From positions 384,001-448,000 of the forward strand of contig OY759746.1 in NCBI GenBank assembly GCA_963662795.1: a DNA stretch of 64,000 nt. The letters are read 5' to 3'. The position numbers and the translations under genes are program-made. The notes under the pieces were generated by a model. That model was given only the letters and a program-made list of their open reading frames with translations, had not been told where the DNA came from and did not search any database. This DNA comes from Spirochaetia bacterium (GTDB taxonomy: Bacteria > Spirochaetota > Spirochaetia > CADAEX01). Shown in pieces: positions 45,495 through 56,356 of the stretch. Each line of letters opens with the position of its first letter. The first letter of the stretch is position 1.

Positions 45495-46673
45495 ATGAAT
45501 AATGAATATTTTTCTAAAGAATTATTTAAAAAAATGAAAGAGATTAATCAGGGTTTTCTGAATCTTGAATATCTTGAATTTGAATATCTCCTGAAAAGTC
45601 TATGTCCTGAAAATAGAAAATGGGAATCTGTTGAGGCTCCCGGAAAAGAAAAAATAGAAAAGCAGATAGAAGAGGATGAATTTTATTCAGAAATCAAAGT
45701 AAATCAAAAAGTTAATGAAATAACTATTCTGGATAAAAACGTAAAGACCTTAACTCAGAATATTTTTGCAGGAATGGTACAAAACAGTTACAGTCCTGAA
45801 TGGATAAATAAATATTTTTATTTTGACATTAGAAGTTTTATTTTTTATCCCAGAACTTCTTATTTTAATAATAAGGTTAAAGATCATCTCAACGAAAAAC
45901 CATTCAAATCATTTGAAAAGAAACAAAAAGTTTTTGAAAGCTACCAGGGGATTGGTTATAAAGACTTCATGAATGCCAATAAGGATATTGATAATGAATT
46001 TATTTCGATTGTCCAAAAACTTATATCTATAAAAGGTACGCCTGTTGTTATTGGAATTGCCGGACCTACCGCCGCAGGGAAAACTGAAATAGTGAAGCGA
46101 TTAAAAAGCTTATTTCAGGAACAGGGTAAGATAATTACAACTATTGAGATGGATAATTTTTTTACAGACAGGGAAACCAGGGAAAAGAAAGGCATTCATT
46201 CTATGGGGAAAGAAGCTTTGCATTTTAATCTGCTTCTGAAATCAATAAAGGATATCAGCGAAGGTAAAAATATTTTTATCCCGGAGTATGATTATTTGAC
46301 TGAGTCATCCAGTTTTGACGAATCAGGAAAATTAAAAGAAGGCAAAAAAGCAATTGAAATTAATCCTTCGGACATTATCTTTATCGAAGGGAACTTCCCC
46401 TTTCTTTTTGAAGAAATTATAAAATATATAGGAATTAAAATCGTTTATCTTACAGATGATCCTGTACGGCTGAAGAGAAAATGGAAAAGAGATATAGATT
46501 ATCTTAAAAAATATGAACAGATATATTTCATTAACCGATATTTCCGAACCCAGAAACCGAAAGCAAAAGCATGTTACATTCCGCAGCTCTGTACATGCGA
46601 TTTAGCTGTATATACTACAGATTCCGAATTGTGGCTCAGCAGAGAAACAAGCAATATTCCTGGAATCACTTAA
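45495..46673 (+). CDS. Uridine kinase/phosphoribulokinase-like P-loop kinase with an unknown N-terminal domain
   Basis: IGIAGPTAAGKT, EMDNF, PEYDY, IFIEG, RLKRKWKRD. Confidence 0.8.
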   Translation: MNNEYFSKELFKKMKEINQGFLNLEYLEFEYLLKSLCPENRKWESVEAPGKEKIEKQIEEDEFYSEIKVNQKVNEITILDKNVKTLTQNIFAGMVQNSYSPEWINKYFYFDIRSFIFYPRTSYFNNKVKDHLNEKPFKSFEKKQKVFESYQGIGYKDFMNANKDIDNEFISIVQKLISIKGTPVVIGIAGPTAAGKTEIVKRLKSLFQEQGKIITTIEMDNFFTDRETREKKGIHSMGKEALHFNLLLKSIKDISEGKNIFIPEYDYLTESSSFDESGKLKEGKKAIEINPSDIIFIEGNFPFLFEEIIKYIGIKIVYLTDDPVRLKRKWKRDIDYLKKYEQIYFINRYFRTQKPKAKACYIPQLCTCDLAVYTTDSELWLSRETSNIPGIT

Positions 46674-46830
46674 TACAATCTGCAGCATGGGGCTGTTGAA
46701 TTATTAAGTCAACGATATTTGTCTCATTCTTTTTTCTTACCTTCCATACTTTACAATACCTTGTTATCCATATCGGTTGCCGCTGTTTTTATACTAACCG
46801 ATATTACAATACACTTTCAGCTATGTAAAA

Positions 46831-46916
46831 ATATAACGCCTCACATCACCTGCAGCAAAAAGCAGAGCGAGGGACGAGCGGCGTTTTTACGGTCCGAGGA
46901 CAGGTAATTGCTATAT
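46831..46916 (-). repeat. attC site downstream of the hemerythrin gene
   Basis: Minus strand ATATAGC-AATTACCTG..CAGGTGATGTGAGGC-GTTATAT; imperfect palindrome starting 5 nt after the stop codon. Confidence 0.75.
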
Positions 46917-46920
46917 GGGC

Positions 46921-47328
46921 TTATTTCAGTCCCTTTTCATTGAAGAATTGAGAATATTGGATATCAACCCCTTTGATGTGTTTTAGCAACCAATCCATCA
47001 GGAAATTCATTACATCGATACTAAGAGATTGCTGCCCTTTTTCAAACCCATCTTTAAACTCTGAAATCTTTTGGACAAAGGCAGCATGTTCTTTTTTATG
47101 ACTATCTGTCTCAGGATATCCAAATTGGTCAAAGTATTTCTCTTCGGTTTTAAAATGTATTGCAGTATAGCTGATTAGACCATTGATCAACTTTCCCAAA
47201 ACATCTTTTCCTCTTCCCTGTCTCATGGCATCATGAAGCTCATTGATCATAGACACCAGCTTTTGATGCTGCTGATCAATCTCTGTCACCTTTACACTGT
47301 AACTGTCATCCCATTTGATTAAAGACAT
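46921..47328 (-). CDS. Bacteriohemerythrin (integron gene cassette)
   Basis: W..YSV..IDQQH, HFKTEE, HKKEH, WLLKHIKGVD; RBS GGAGG. Confidence 0.95.
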   Translation of the reverse strand: MSLIKWDDSYSVKVTEIDQQHQKLVSMINELHDAMRQGRGKDVLGKLINGLISYTAIHFKTEEKYFDQFGYPETDSHKKEHAAFVQKISEFKDGFEKGQQSLSIDVMNFLMDWLLKHIKGVDIQYSQFFNEKGLK

Positions 47329-47363
47329 CTTAAACCTCCATATGTTTTTTTATTAGTTCTGCC

Positions 47364-47455
47364 ATATAACGATGGAACCAAACCGCCGCAGCGTGGCGCG
47401 GAATTTGCCTTTTCCGTGAAGCACATAACACGCATCGCATCGGCTTTTGTTATTT
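47364..47455 (-). repeat. attC site upstream of the hemerythrin gene (degenerate)
   Basis: Minus strand AAATAAC-AAAAGCCGATGCG..TGCGGCGGTTTGGTTCCATC-GTTATAT. Confidence 0.65.
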
Positions 47456-49070
47456 ATTCGTAAGCGTCAATTAAACACACCCTGTTAAAAAAAGCCTGTT
47501 TCAATTCTTTGTCAGAAATATTCCAGGGAAGCATAGACTGCCAGTCTTCATTAGAGTCTTCACATGGTGTTTTTTTTAAAATATAATGTAAATATTCATA
47601 AGGATTTAATTTACTCTGTTTTGCTGTTTCAATTAGGGAGTATATTCCGCAGGAACTTTCTGGCCCTTTTTCTGAACCTGCAAACATCCAGTTTTTCCTG
47701 CCCACGACAAAAGGCCTTATTGCATTTTCAGCCGCATTATTGTCAGGGGTTAAATGCTCACATTCCAGATACTTTATCAGTTTATCCCACTGCCCTAATG
47801 TATGGAAAACAGCTTTACCGAGTGAGCTTGAGGGAAGAAGATCAGATGATCTTTTTATGAGCCACTGATTAAAATTTTCAATAACAGGCGATGTCTCTTC
47901 TTTTCTCTTTAAGAGAAATTCATCTCCTTCAAACTCAAGTGTTCTTAACCTTTTTTCAATAGCATAAAGCTTTGCTATATATTTAAGAGCTTCTTCAGCA
48001 CTCCCGGCTTTTTTGCTTACCTTGGATGCTTCAAAGAACTTTTTCCTTGAATGGGTAAAACATCCCACATGGATAATCTCTTTTAAATCTTTTAAGGCGC
48101 AATCATATCCTTCATACCCGTCTGTATGAAGAAATCCGTTATAACTATCCAATAACTCTTTTACATGCAAGGCTGCTCTTGTTTTCCTGTAGAAATAAAG
48201 AATAACAGGATTTTCAGGAGGCCCTCCCCTGATCAGCCACATATAGGATTTTTTAGCATTCTCCCTTTCCGGCTCATTTAATACCTGTACAGTTGTCTCA
48301 TCCATCTGCATAAGAGAACCTTTTAATATTTCACTATTCAAAAGCCTTAAAAGCGGTTTTAATTTATCATGGCATTTAATCTGCCAGTTACTCATATCCT
48401 GTCTGCTTAAATGTATTCCTATTCTTTCAAAGCTTTTTTCCTGCCGGTAAAATGGCAGATGATCTACATAATTACCTGTAAAAATAAAAGCAAGAAGATC
48501 CGGCGTTGCTATCCCTTTAGGTAGTATTGAAGAAAGAGCAGACGCGATCCTTACTGCTTTTTTATCCTCATCACCTGAGCCTTCACAATTTTTGCAGGCA
48601 TATTTTATCCTGATATGCTTTTCCACCCACATCTTTGGCGGAATAACATGAAGCTTTTCCGATACCTCTTCACCTATCTTTACAGGAGTATCTCCGCAAG
48701 CACAGATTTTTTCTTCTTCAGCAATATCATGTATTACTTCTTCTCTCGGTATTTCAGGCGACATAGGTTTTCTTCCAGCTTTTTTTCTATCATACCCTTT
48801 TACTGATATTTCTTCATTTCTATAAGCAGCGGTAGCAGCAGAGTTTTTTCCTGCTTCATCCCCTTCAGGGGTAAATAAAAGAATCTGATCATTCTTAAAC
48901 TCTTCGCTTGCTTTACAGTATTTCTTATATAACAGCAGTTTATATTTTTTCTGCAGATGCTCATGTTCCAATTCAAGTATTTTCAGTTTTTCTGATTTAT
49001 CTTCAAGAGTTTTTATGTATTCTCTTACAGATGGGGAAAGTAATTTAATTTCTTCCTTCATGGACTTCAT
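47454..49070 (-). CDS. tnpC: IS66 transposase TnpC
   Basis: HLPFYRQ, MDETT, TDGY, CFTHSRKKF, DNNAAENAIR..GRKNW, LPWN. Confidence 0.93.
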   Translation of the reverse strand: MKSMKEEIKLLSPSVREYIKTLEDKSEKLKILELEHEHLQKKYKLLLYKKYCKASEEFKNDQILLFTPEGDEAGKNSAATAAYRNEEISVKGYDRKKAGRKPMSPEIPREEVIHDIAEEEKICACGDTPVKIGEEVSEKLHVIPPKMWVEKHIRIKYACKNCEGSGDEDKKAVRIASALSSILPKGIATPDLLAFIFTGNYVDHLPFYRQEKSFERIGIHLSRQDMSNWQIKCHDKLKPLLRLLNSEILKGSLMQMDETTVQVLNEPERENAKKSYMWLIRGGPPENPVILYFYRKTRAALHVKELLDSYNGFLHTDGYEGYDCALKDLKEIIHVGCFTHSRKKFFEASKVSKKAGSAEEALKYIAKLYAIEKRLRTLEFEGDEFLLKRKEETSPVIENFNQWLIKRSSDLLPSSSLGKAVFHTLGQWDKLIKYLECEHLTPDNNAAENAIRPFVVGRKNWMFAGSEKGPESSCGIYSLIETAKQSKLNPYEYLHYILKKTPCEDSNEDWQSMLPWNISDKELKQAFFNRVCLIDAYE

Positions 49071-49507
49071 AATAAAAATTTATCAGAAAGTAAAATAAAT
49101 TAATACCCCTTTTCTAACTGATTTTCTTATAATTTAATCTTTCATGCGCCTCAAAAAAATCTATTCCTGAAAGAAGCATCTTAAGCTCTTCAAATCAAAG
49201 TCAAGAATCATAGGGAGGCCATAACTTCAAGGATTTCTTTAAGCTCTTTTTTTCCAATCCCAATTCAAGTGTTATTGTTATTCCGCTTTTTTCTATTGTT
49301 AAATATCTTCCAGCAATTATTTCAGGGGATTTTCTTTTTTTAGCTAACTTTACAAAACCTTGTTTTTCTTTTCACTTTTCAACCACCCGTAAAAGGTTGT
49401 AGTTTTTATTCCTTTTTCCCTGCAAAACAAGGCTATAGATTTTCTGCTTCGGGTTTTACACCTTAATCACACCTTATTTTTTGTCTTTTTTTCTGAGCTC
49501 ATATTAC
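47460..49507 (-). mobile_element. IS66-family element with intact tnpC and deleted tnpA/tnpB
   Basis: End GTAAGCGTC at 47460 and probable GTAA end at 49507; tnpB tail LKMLLSGIDFF near 49170. Confidence 0.8.
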
Positions 49508-49508
49508 A

Positions 49509-51500
49509 TCAGTAATTTTCAGGCACCGTTTTTTTAAAATAATTATAAAGCTCTTGAAATTTCTCTACATGATGTTCAAAGACACCAATAATTTCTGGAT
49601 CGAAATGAGATCCTTTATTCTGAATTATCATCCTAACGGAAATGTCAAAATCAAAAGCCTCCTTGTATGGTCTTCGGGTTGTAAGCGCGTCTAATACATC
49701 GGCGATTGCGACAATACGGGCTTCAAGCGGAATTGATAACCCAGCAAGACCTGAGGGATATCCTGAACCATTCCACTTTTCGTGATGAGATGCGGCTATA
49801 CGAATACCGATCTGAAATAAAGTTCTTCCGCTTCTAGCAATATTGTTTTCAGCCTCTTTGAGGACATTAGCTCCGTATAGAGCGTGCGTTTTCATATGGG
49901 CCATTTCCTCTTCATTCAGTTTCCCCGGCTTAAGTAGTACGTTATCCCTAATTCCAACTTTTCCTATATCGTGCATTGGACTGAATCGTTCGAGTCCATG
50001 AATATATTCTGGTGTTAGCTGCTCATCATAGACATGCTCTTCCTTCATGCATCTAGCGAGCTGTACGGTATATTGCTTCATTCTATCCAAATGATCTGCT
50101 GTATCCTCATCCCTTGCCTCCGCCATTTTCGCAAGAGCAAGAGTACTTGAATATACGAGTTCATCAACGAAAATGTTCTTTTCGAACGACAATGCAATCG
50201 CATTACTGATATTTCGGAGAAAAGCGAGGTGCATGTCAGTATAAATGTTTCTTTCCTTGCTGGAAAAAAACAAAAAACCGAGAGGTTTTCCATTCACAAT
50301 TAGTGGCAGAGTTATCGATGAAAGAATGCCTTCTTCCAGAATTATTTTTGTATATTCTTTTATTTCATTTCTTCCAGCATAGTCCTGAAGATCATTTATA
50401 ATTCGGGGTTGATTAGAAATGATAATTTTCTTCAGACTGGTTTCTTCAATGTTTACCGATTGATTCATTAATCGTTCCGGTAGATCTGGAAAACTTCCGT
50501 CCGACTCTCCGTAAGGTGCAATCAGAATGTTGCCCGAATACCCGTCAAATATAGTAACCCCTATATAGTTAAATGGGATATAATTTATGAACGTTTTAAA
50601 AACAAGATGTAATGTTTCTCTGAAAGAGCTTCCTTGATTTATGGTACCAATTATGTTGACCATTTCGCGTAAAACCGCAAATGTTTGATTGACCTCCTGT
50701 ATCAGAGGTGAATTAAAGTTATTTATATTTTTTTTATTTTCTTCAGCTATTCCGAGTGTTTTTATCCCATTATAGAATATTTTGTAAGGCTCGATTATAA
50801 ACTGGTATGTGCCGAAGAGTATCCAGAGACTCAGAAAAACAAGACAAATAATCAGGAAAATAACTAGTACATGAGTTCTATGGTTATGAGTGTAAAAATT
50901 GTGAAGTACAAGAGCACTTAGTTTCTCTGATAAGTCTAATAATGATTCATTATTCTCATTGATATAGATCAGAGCCTTTCTGAATTCTTTGTCATACATC
51001 GCCTTTTCTATTGTTATAAAAACTTCTGCTTCAAATAACATCCATTCCCGTTCAATATCCTTGATTAAATACTTGAACTCTTCCTGAGATGGACTGTAGA
51101 GAATGATCTGTCTGGAATAAAAACTAATCTTACCCTGCTTTATTTGTTGGTATGTCTCATCAAAACTCTCACGCGATTCCATGAGATTTTTCCGAGTCTT
51201 AGATGTTTTTTCCATAAGCTGTTCAATCGAACTAATTCTTTCCGAAGATTCAATTGCTTCATATAACGCGGAAAGCAAGTTTACATCTTTTACTATTTTC
51301 TGTGTCAGCATTTTTTGTCTACCAAGAATATTGACAATATAGTTTTGTTCATCCTCATGTCTACTCGATATAAAAACTAAACCGATTACGATACCTATTA
51401 ATATCAATAATGAGAGTACAACAACAGTGATACGAATACGGAAGAAGTTCGTAAAGTACGAATTGCGTGCTTTAAACAAAGAGTTGAATTTCCCTGACAT
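49509..51500 (-). CDS. HD-GYP phosphodiesterase with a PilJ/NarX-like periplasmic sensor and a GAF domain
   Basis: NILGRQKMLTQK, two TMs, GAF, EARD..H..R, HDIGK, HHEKWNGSGYP, ADVLDAL, RPYK. Confidence 0.92.
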   Translation of the reverse strand: MSGKFNSLFKARNSYFTNFFRIRITVVVLSLLILIGIVIGLVFISSRHEDEQNYIVNILGRQKMLTQKIVKDVNLLSALYEAIESSERISSIEQLMEKTSKTRKNLMESRESFDETYQQIKQGKISFYSRQIILYSPSQEEFKYLIKDIEREWMLFEAEVFITIEKAMYDKEFRKALIYINENNESLLDLSEKLSALVLHNFYTHNHRTHVLVIFLIICLVFLSLWILFGTYQFIIEPYKIFYNGIKTLGIAEENKKNINNFNSPLIQEVNQTFAVLREMVNIIGTINQGSSFRETLHLVFKTFINYIPFNYIGVTIFDGYSGNILIAPYGESDGSFPDLPERLMNQSVNIEETSLKKIIISNQPRIINDLQDYAGRNEIKEYTKIILEEGILSSITLPLIVNGKPLGFLFFSSKERNIYTDMHLAFLRNISNAIALSFEKNIFVDELVYSSTLALAKMAEARDEDTADHLDRMKQYTVQLARCMKEEHVYDEQLTPEYIHGLERFSPMHDIGKVGIRDNVLLKPGKLNEEEMAHMKTHALYGANVLKEAENNIARSGRTLFQIGIRIAASHHEKWNGSGYPSGLAGLSIPLEARIVAIADVLDALTTRRPYKEAFDFDISVRMIIQNKGSHFDPEIIGVFEHHVEKFQELYNYFKKTVPENY

Positions 51501-51706
51501 ATTTTAAACTCCATTTGGGCAATATAATTCTACAACACAGGTTTTATTTATTTTAACTATAGTGATCAATTTTTTAAATACTATTTTGGATGTCGTAGAC
51601 AAATGATATGGTTGGAATTTAGAAGGAAATTTTGAAAAAATCAAGAATAATTATAATAATTATCAGTATTAAATATTCTTAAATCGATTAATCACCCAAC
51701 TGTCTC

Positions 51707-52825
51707 GAGCCTGTAAAGAATTCTGTGTAACTGACTTTTCATTCATCAGAAAACCGCTCTCCATATTCCAATAAAAATAGGTTCACAGCTGGTTTTCACT
51801 CACGGAGAGGCATGCTCCATTTCTTTGAAGCCTGCTTTACAGCCAGGTATATGATTTTAAATGCCGATTTGTCATTGGGAAATATCCTGCGATTTTTTAT
51901 GGCTTTTCGAATTACACTGTTTAAAGATTCAATTGCATTTGTAGTATAAATTATTTTACGGATTTCATCAGGATAATCAAAGATTGTTATCAGGTTTTCC
52001 CAGCTTTTCCCCACATTCTGCTGATCGATGCATATTGACTGTCCCACTTATCTGAAAATATCACTAATTCCCTTTCTGCTTCATCAAGGGTTATTGAAGA
52101 GTAGATTCTTTTCAAATCCCCAGCCAGTTCTTTACAGTCTTTATAGGAAACGTATTTCAAAGAGTTCCTTACCATGTGTACAAATGCATAATCAGATTTT
52201 TGTTTTGGGAAATACTGTATTTATCTCTTCAGGGAAGCCTGTAAGTCCATCCTCACTTGCAATGAAGATATCTTTTACACCTCTGGGAGTGAAGTTCCGT
52301 TAGTATAGAAAGCCAGAACTTCACTCCTTCGTTTTCTGATATCCAGAGTCCCAAAAGTTCCTTAATTCCTTCTGTGGTAACACCCAGGGCTAGATAAACA
52401 GCCTTGTTGATTACTCTTTTATCCTGATGCACCTTTACGACAATGCAATCAAGGTAAATTATCGGATAGACACTCTCTAGTGGACGGTTTTGCCGCTGCT
52501 CAACTTCCTCAAGAACCGCATCGGTTATTACTTTTTTGCCTGTACGGCCACCATTACGGCTGTTCAGTTTATTACGGCCCTGGCTTGAATGCTTCTCGTA
52601 ACCTAAGTGGCTATCCAGTTCTGCATTAAGGGCTTTCTCAATTGTCAATTTCATCAGCCGGCCTAAAGGGTTTGCAAGATCCGATTCACTCTTGACCCCT
52701 TTTGCCGGTTCTGTTGCCATTTCTTCCAAACGCTCTTTATCCATCATAATACTGCTCATTCTATATCCTTTGCCTCTGTGAGGCTATTTAGAATTTTGCA
52801 GTTACACAGTTTTTATTACAGAGTT
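51707..52825 (-). mobile_element. IS256-family element, internally deleted and inactive (copy 2)
   Basis: Near-identical inverted copy of 12532-13498 with the same lesions, but retaining the transposase start. Confidence 0.9.
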
Positions 52826-52929
52826 AATTTCTTATATAATTTTGCATTTTCTCAAACTTCACAACATTACTCTTCCCGCTATAAATATCATCAGTTTTGT
52901 CCAATCTTAAAATTCCGGCCTATTTGATC

Positions 52930-54040
52930 CCTCACATCCTTACACTACAGCAGAAGAGTTTCCGGATCTCGATGATTATATTCCTTTCTATAGCTTGTAT
53001 GACCCATAAGAGCATTAACTTTATCCGTATCCAGGTGCTGCAGCATTTTTATATCAAAGGTGTTCCGTATTGAATATTGCGGTCTGCCCTCCGGATACAC
53101 TCCGTCTCTTTCACATAATGCCTTAAAGTGCCTGTTTGATACCTCCGGCGTCAGCCCTCTCCCTTTGCTTGAAGGAAAAACCAGATCGTTTATATTATCT
53201 GTTCTTCTTCAAGATACTTATCAAGATGATAAATGGTAATATCACTCAAGTACCCGATTTTATAGTTCTTCCCTTTTCCTGATTGTTTTAATCCGTTCCT
53301 GAACTGATCCATTTACATAATCAATCGATTGTTCAGTATAAAGACCAGTAATTTTTTCTTGTAAGACCTGCGATTTCCCCCGGGCGCCATCCTGTATCGC
53401 GCATAATCAAAAAATAAACAATCCATTTCCTCAATAACCATATTTTAAACAGCTCTTTTTCATCTTCAGGAAAAAGTTTTCCCATTCCAGTATCATTGAA
53501 ATATTGTCTGTGCTTATTCTCCTCAGTGATTTTTTATATACTTGAAATTGGGTTTTCTTTGATAATTTTTTTCCTGACAGACATTTTAAAAACATCATCC
53601 CCGCAGGACAGTATTTTGTATTATCTGACAGAGGCTTCGCTGATTTACATGAGCATATATCAAGATACCAGTCGTCAATCATGCCAGGAGAAATTGCTGT
53701 TATTAAAACATGCCCGAACTGTTTTATCCAATAATTATCAAGTCGTGACTGCTGGATCTTTCAGTATTCATTTTTAAAATATTTCTTTTTTTTCTCAAAC
53801 TGTTTACGATACCATGACTGTCATCAATATAAAATCCGGTAGCAAATTCTTTAAAAGTTGGAACAATTCCGGAGGTCAATCTTTGATCAAAATCATTAAG
53901 ATAAATATTTGCAAATCGGTGAGCCTCTTGCTCGTCAGTAGTCCCTGTTGAAATTTCTTTTCCCGGAAGTATTTTAAAAATAACCTGTATATTCCGCCCT
54001 TTTCTTTTATCAGATTATAATAAGTCTGTAGTTTCATGCA
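52930..54040 (-). pseudogene. Decayed tyrosine recombinase / integrase
   Basis: Fragments ISTGTTDEQEA..PTFKEFA, MRDTGWRPGEI, QYSIRNTF, ALMGHTS..EY in shifting frames. Confidence 0.75.
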
Positions 54041-54612
54041 GTCGATTGTTTTACAGAGATTTTACGGACACTTTGCCTTGCGGCAAAGTTTTAAATAAGA
54101 TAAGTGTTTATAGTATAAGTATTTATTTTTTACATGTTTAAAAAAATATTGCCGAAGACCGGACTTTTTATATAAGGTTAAGTAAATAAAATATCTACAG
54201 AATGCAAAATAATAAGGAAGAAAAATACAAGCATTAATGATTATTTTTTTTATTATTTTTATAAGATTACGGACATTTAACGGACAGAAAAAAACGGGCA
54301 AAAGCCCTATGGCTCTGCCCGTTGAAAGTAATATAAATTTTCAGCTAATTATTGTCAATAGGATAATTTGCAGTAAAAACTTCTGTCTTTTTTCTTTTCT
54401 TCTGCCCCTGGGAAGCTCCCGTGAATTCGGTATACATCTACTTGTTAGCAGAAAAAAACCAACAATCAATCACAATATTCTGTAACAATTTTAAATAATT
54501 AAAAGTAAAGGAATATTAAAAGTTTTTAAATCTTTATGAATTTTTCCATACTGATCTTCGTATATATATAATGATTATATACAGATTGGTTAATTAAAAA
54601 TACTTGATTATT

Positions 54613-54640
54613 TGTTTAATATGTTATAACATATTAAACA
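54613..54640. promoter_or_regulatory. 28-bp perfect palindrome, candidate GntR operator
   Basis: TGTTTAATATGTTATAACATATTAAACA; core also present at 62719-62730. Confidence 0.7.
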
Positions 54641-54660
54641 CTTATGGATTTAAAAGAAAA

Positions 54661-55323
54661 ATGATAAATTTACCAAAAACAAAAGAAGAAATCGCTTATG
54701 AATTACTTAAAGATTTAATATTACGTAATGAATTACCTAAAAACCAATTCTTGTCACAAAGGATGCTAGCTGAAAAAGTTAAAACTAATTTAAGTACAAT
54801 ACGCACAGTACTAAGACAATTGGAAAGTGATAATTTAATTGAAAATGTTCCTCAATGGGGAGTAAGAATTCCTGAAGAAACCGAAGAAGTACTCAGAGAC
54901 AGATACTATATCAGAGAACTTCTTGAGGTTGGTGCAGTTAAATTAATTGTTAAAAATAGAGAAAATCCAACTTTTAATAAAAAAGCAATTATTGAAAAAG
55001 CGGAAATATGCGATGCAATATCACGTGAACTTCCCAAAAATATCAACAATTTTGCTCAGGCTCATTTTGAGTTTCATTTAGAACTCGCAAAAAAAAGCGG
55101 TTCTGCATTGCTCCTTCAGAATTTATCACGTCTTCATTTCCAGAGTTTTATACTACAAAATGCACAGCGCGGATGGGCATTTGGAGCTTTTATTAATCAT
55201 ACCGATATGGTTAATATAATTCTAAATGGTACTGAGAAAGATGCTGTAGCCTTTACAATAAAACATATTCGTGGTGGTTTGGAAAGCGAATTGCAAACTC
55301 TCTTAAATCAAAAAACATTATAA
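54661..55323 (+). CDS. GntR-family regulator (FCD type)
   Basis: LSQRMLAE..STIRTVLRQL..PQWG wHTH; FH..LA..SG motif. Confidence 0.9.
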   Translation: MINLPKTKEEIAYELLKDLILRNELPKNQFLSQRMLAEKVKTNLSTIRTVLRQLESDNLIENVPQWGVRIPEETEEVLRDRYYIRELLEVGAVKLIVKNRENPTFNKKAIIEKAEICDAISRELPKNINNFAQAHFEFHLELAKKSGSALLLQNLSRLHFQSFILQNAQRGWAFGAFINHTDMVNIILNGTEKDAVAFTIKHIRGGLESELQTLLNQKTL

Positions 55324-55387
55324 AATAAGTGTTCCATTTCCTTAAAAACTACTATACATAATAATTGTAAAAGGAAATGGAAAACAA

Positions 55388-56353
55388 TTAAGGATAGAAA
55401 TATTCTGGAACAGGATATTTAGGTTGTTTACCTTCAAGCACAGCCAAAACATCATTAGAAAGCATTATACTCGAATTTTTCATGGCTTCTTCAGTATGAG
55501 CAGCAATATGAGGTGTACCAATAAAATTATCAAGGGCTAACAAAACATTATCTTTACAAATAGGTTCTTTTTCAAAAACATCCGAAGCAGCACCAGCAAT
55601 CCATTTTTCTGACAATGCTTGGAATAAATCAGCCTCTTTCACTAGAGATCCTCTTCCAACATTAATTAAATAAGCATTACTTTTCATTTTTTTTAATAAA
55701 TCAGAATTTATAATACCTATGGTATTTGCTGTTAATGGAAGATTAATCGAAATAAAATCTGACATCGAAAATAACGTTTCTGCTGATACCTGAATGGCAT
55801 TAAATTCTTTCTCAAATTCAGGTTGTTTTAGAATATCATAATACTGAATATTCATGTTAAATCCATATTTACAAATTCTTGCAACATGTTTTCCAATTCT
55901 TCCCAGTCCCATAATTCCTATATTTTTTCCATACAATTCAACTCCCAAAAAATCGAATGGATCTTTTTTCCATTTCCCATTTCTAATAAGTAAATCACCT
56001 GAATGCATTTTCTTAGCCAGCATAAGACTTAAAGTTATAAAATGTTCAGCTACACTTATACTGTTTGAATCCGGGGTGTAGGTAACTTGTATATTATGTT
56101 CTTTGGCCGCAGTAAGATCAATCATATCAATACCAACTCCATGTTTGGTAATTACTTTTAATCCACTGGAGTTTTCTATTGTCTCACGATTAACCTTCCC
56201 ATTTCTTACAATAACTATAGCATTAGCATCTTTAGTTTTTTTTGTAAAATCTTCAGGTGAATCAGCATAAACAATGTTACACTTTTGTTTTAATAAATCA
56301 ATCCCGGATGATTCTATAGGATCAGACAATAAAACATTATATTTCATATTCAT
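55388..56353 (-). CDS. D-2-hydroxyacid dehydrogenase (SerA-like)
   Basis: GVGID, VAEH, GLGRIG, INVGRG, DVFEKEP, TPHIA. Confidence 0.93.
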   Translation of the reverse strand: MNMKYNVLLSDPIESSGIDLLKQKCNIVYADSPEDFTKKTKDANAIVIVRNGKVNRETIENSSGLKVITKHGVGIDMIDLTAAKEHNIQVTYTPDSNSISVAEHFITLSLMLAKKMHSGDLLIRNGKWKKDPFDFLGVELYGKNIGIMGLGRIGKHVARICKYGFNMNIQYYDILKQPEFEKEFNAIQVSAETLFSMSDFISINLPLTANTIGIINSDLLKKMKSNAYLINVGRGSLVKEADLFQALSEKWIAGAASDVFEKEPICKDNVLLALDNFIGTPHIAAHTEEAMKNSSIMLSNDVLAVLEGKQPKYPVPEYFYP

Positions 56354-56356
56354 TTT

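Noticed and set aside
46688-46712. GGGGCTGTTGAATTATT resembling an IS end
   Set aside because: Single short match with no partner IR or transposase
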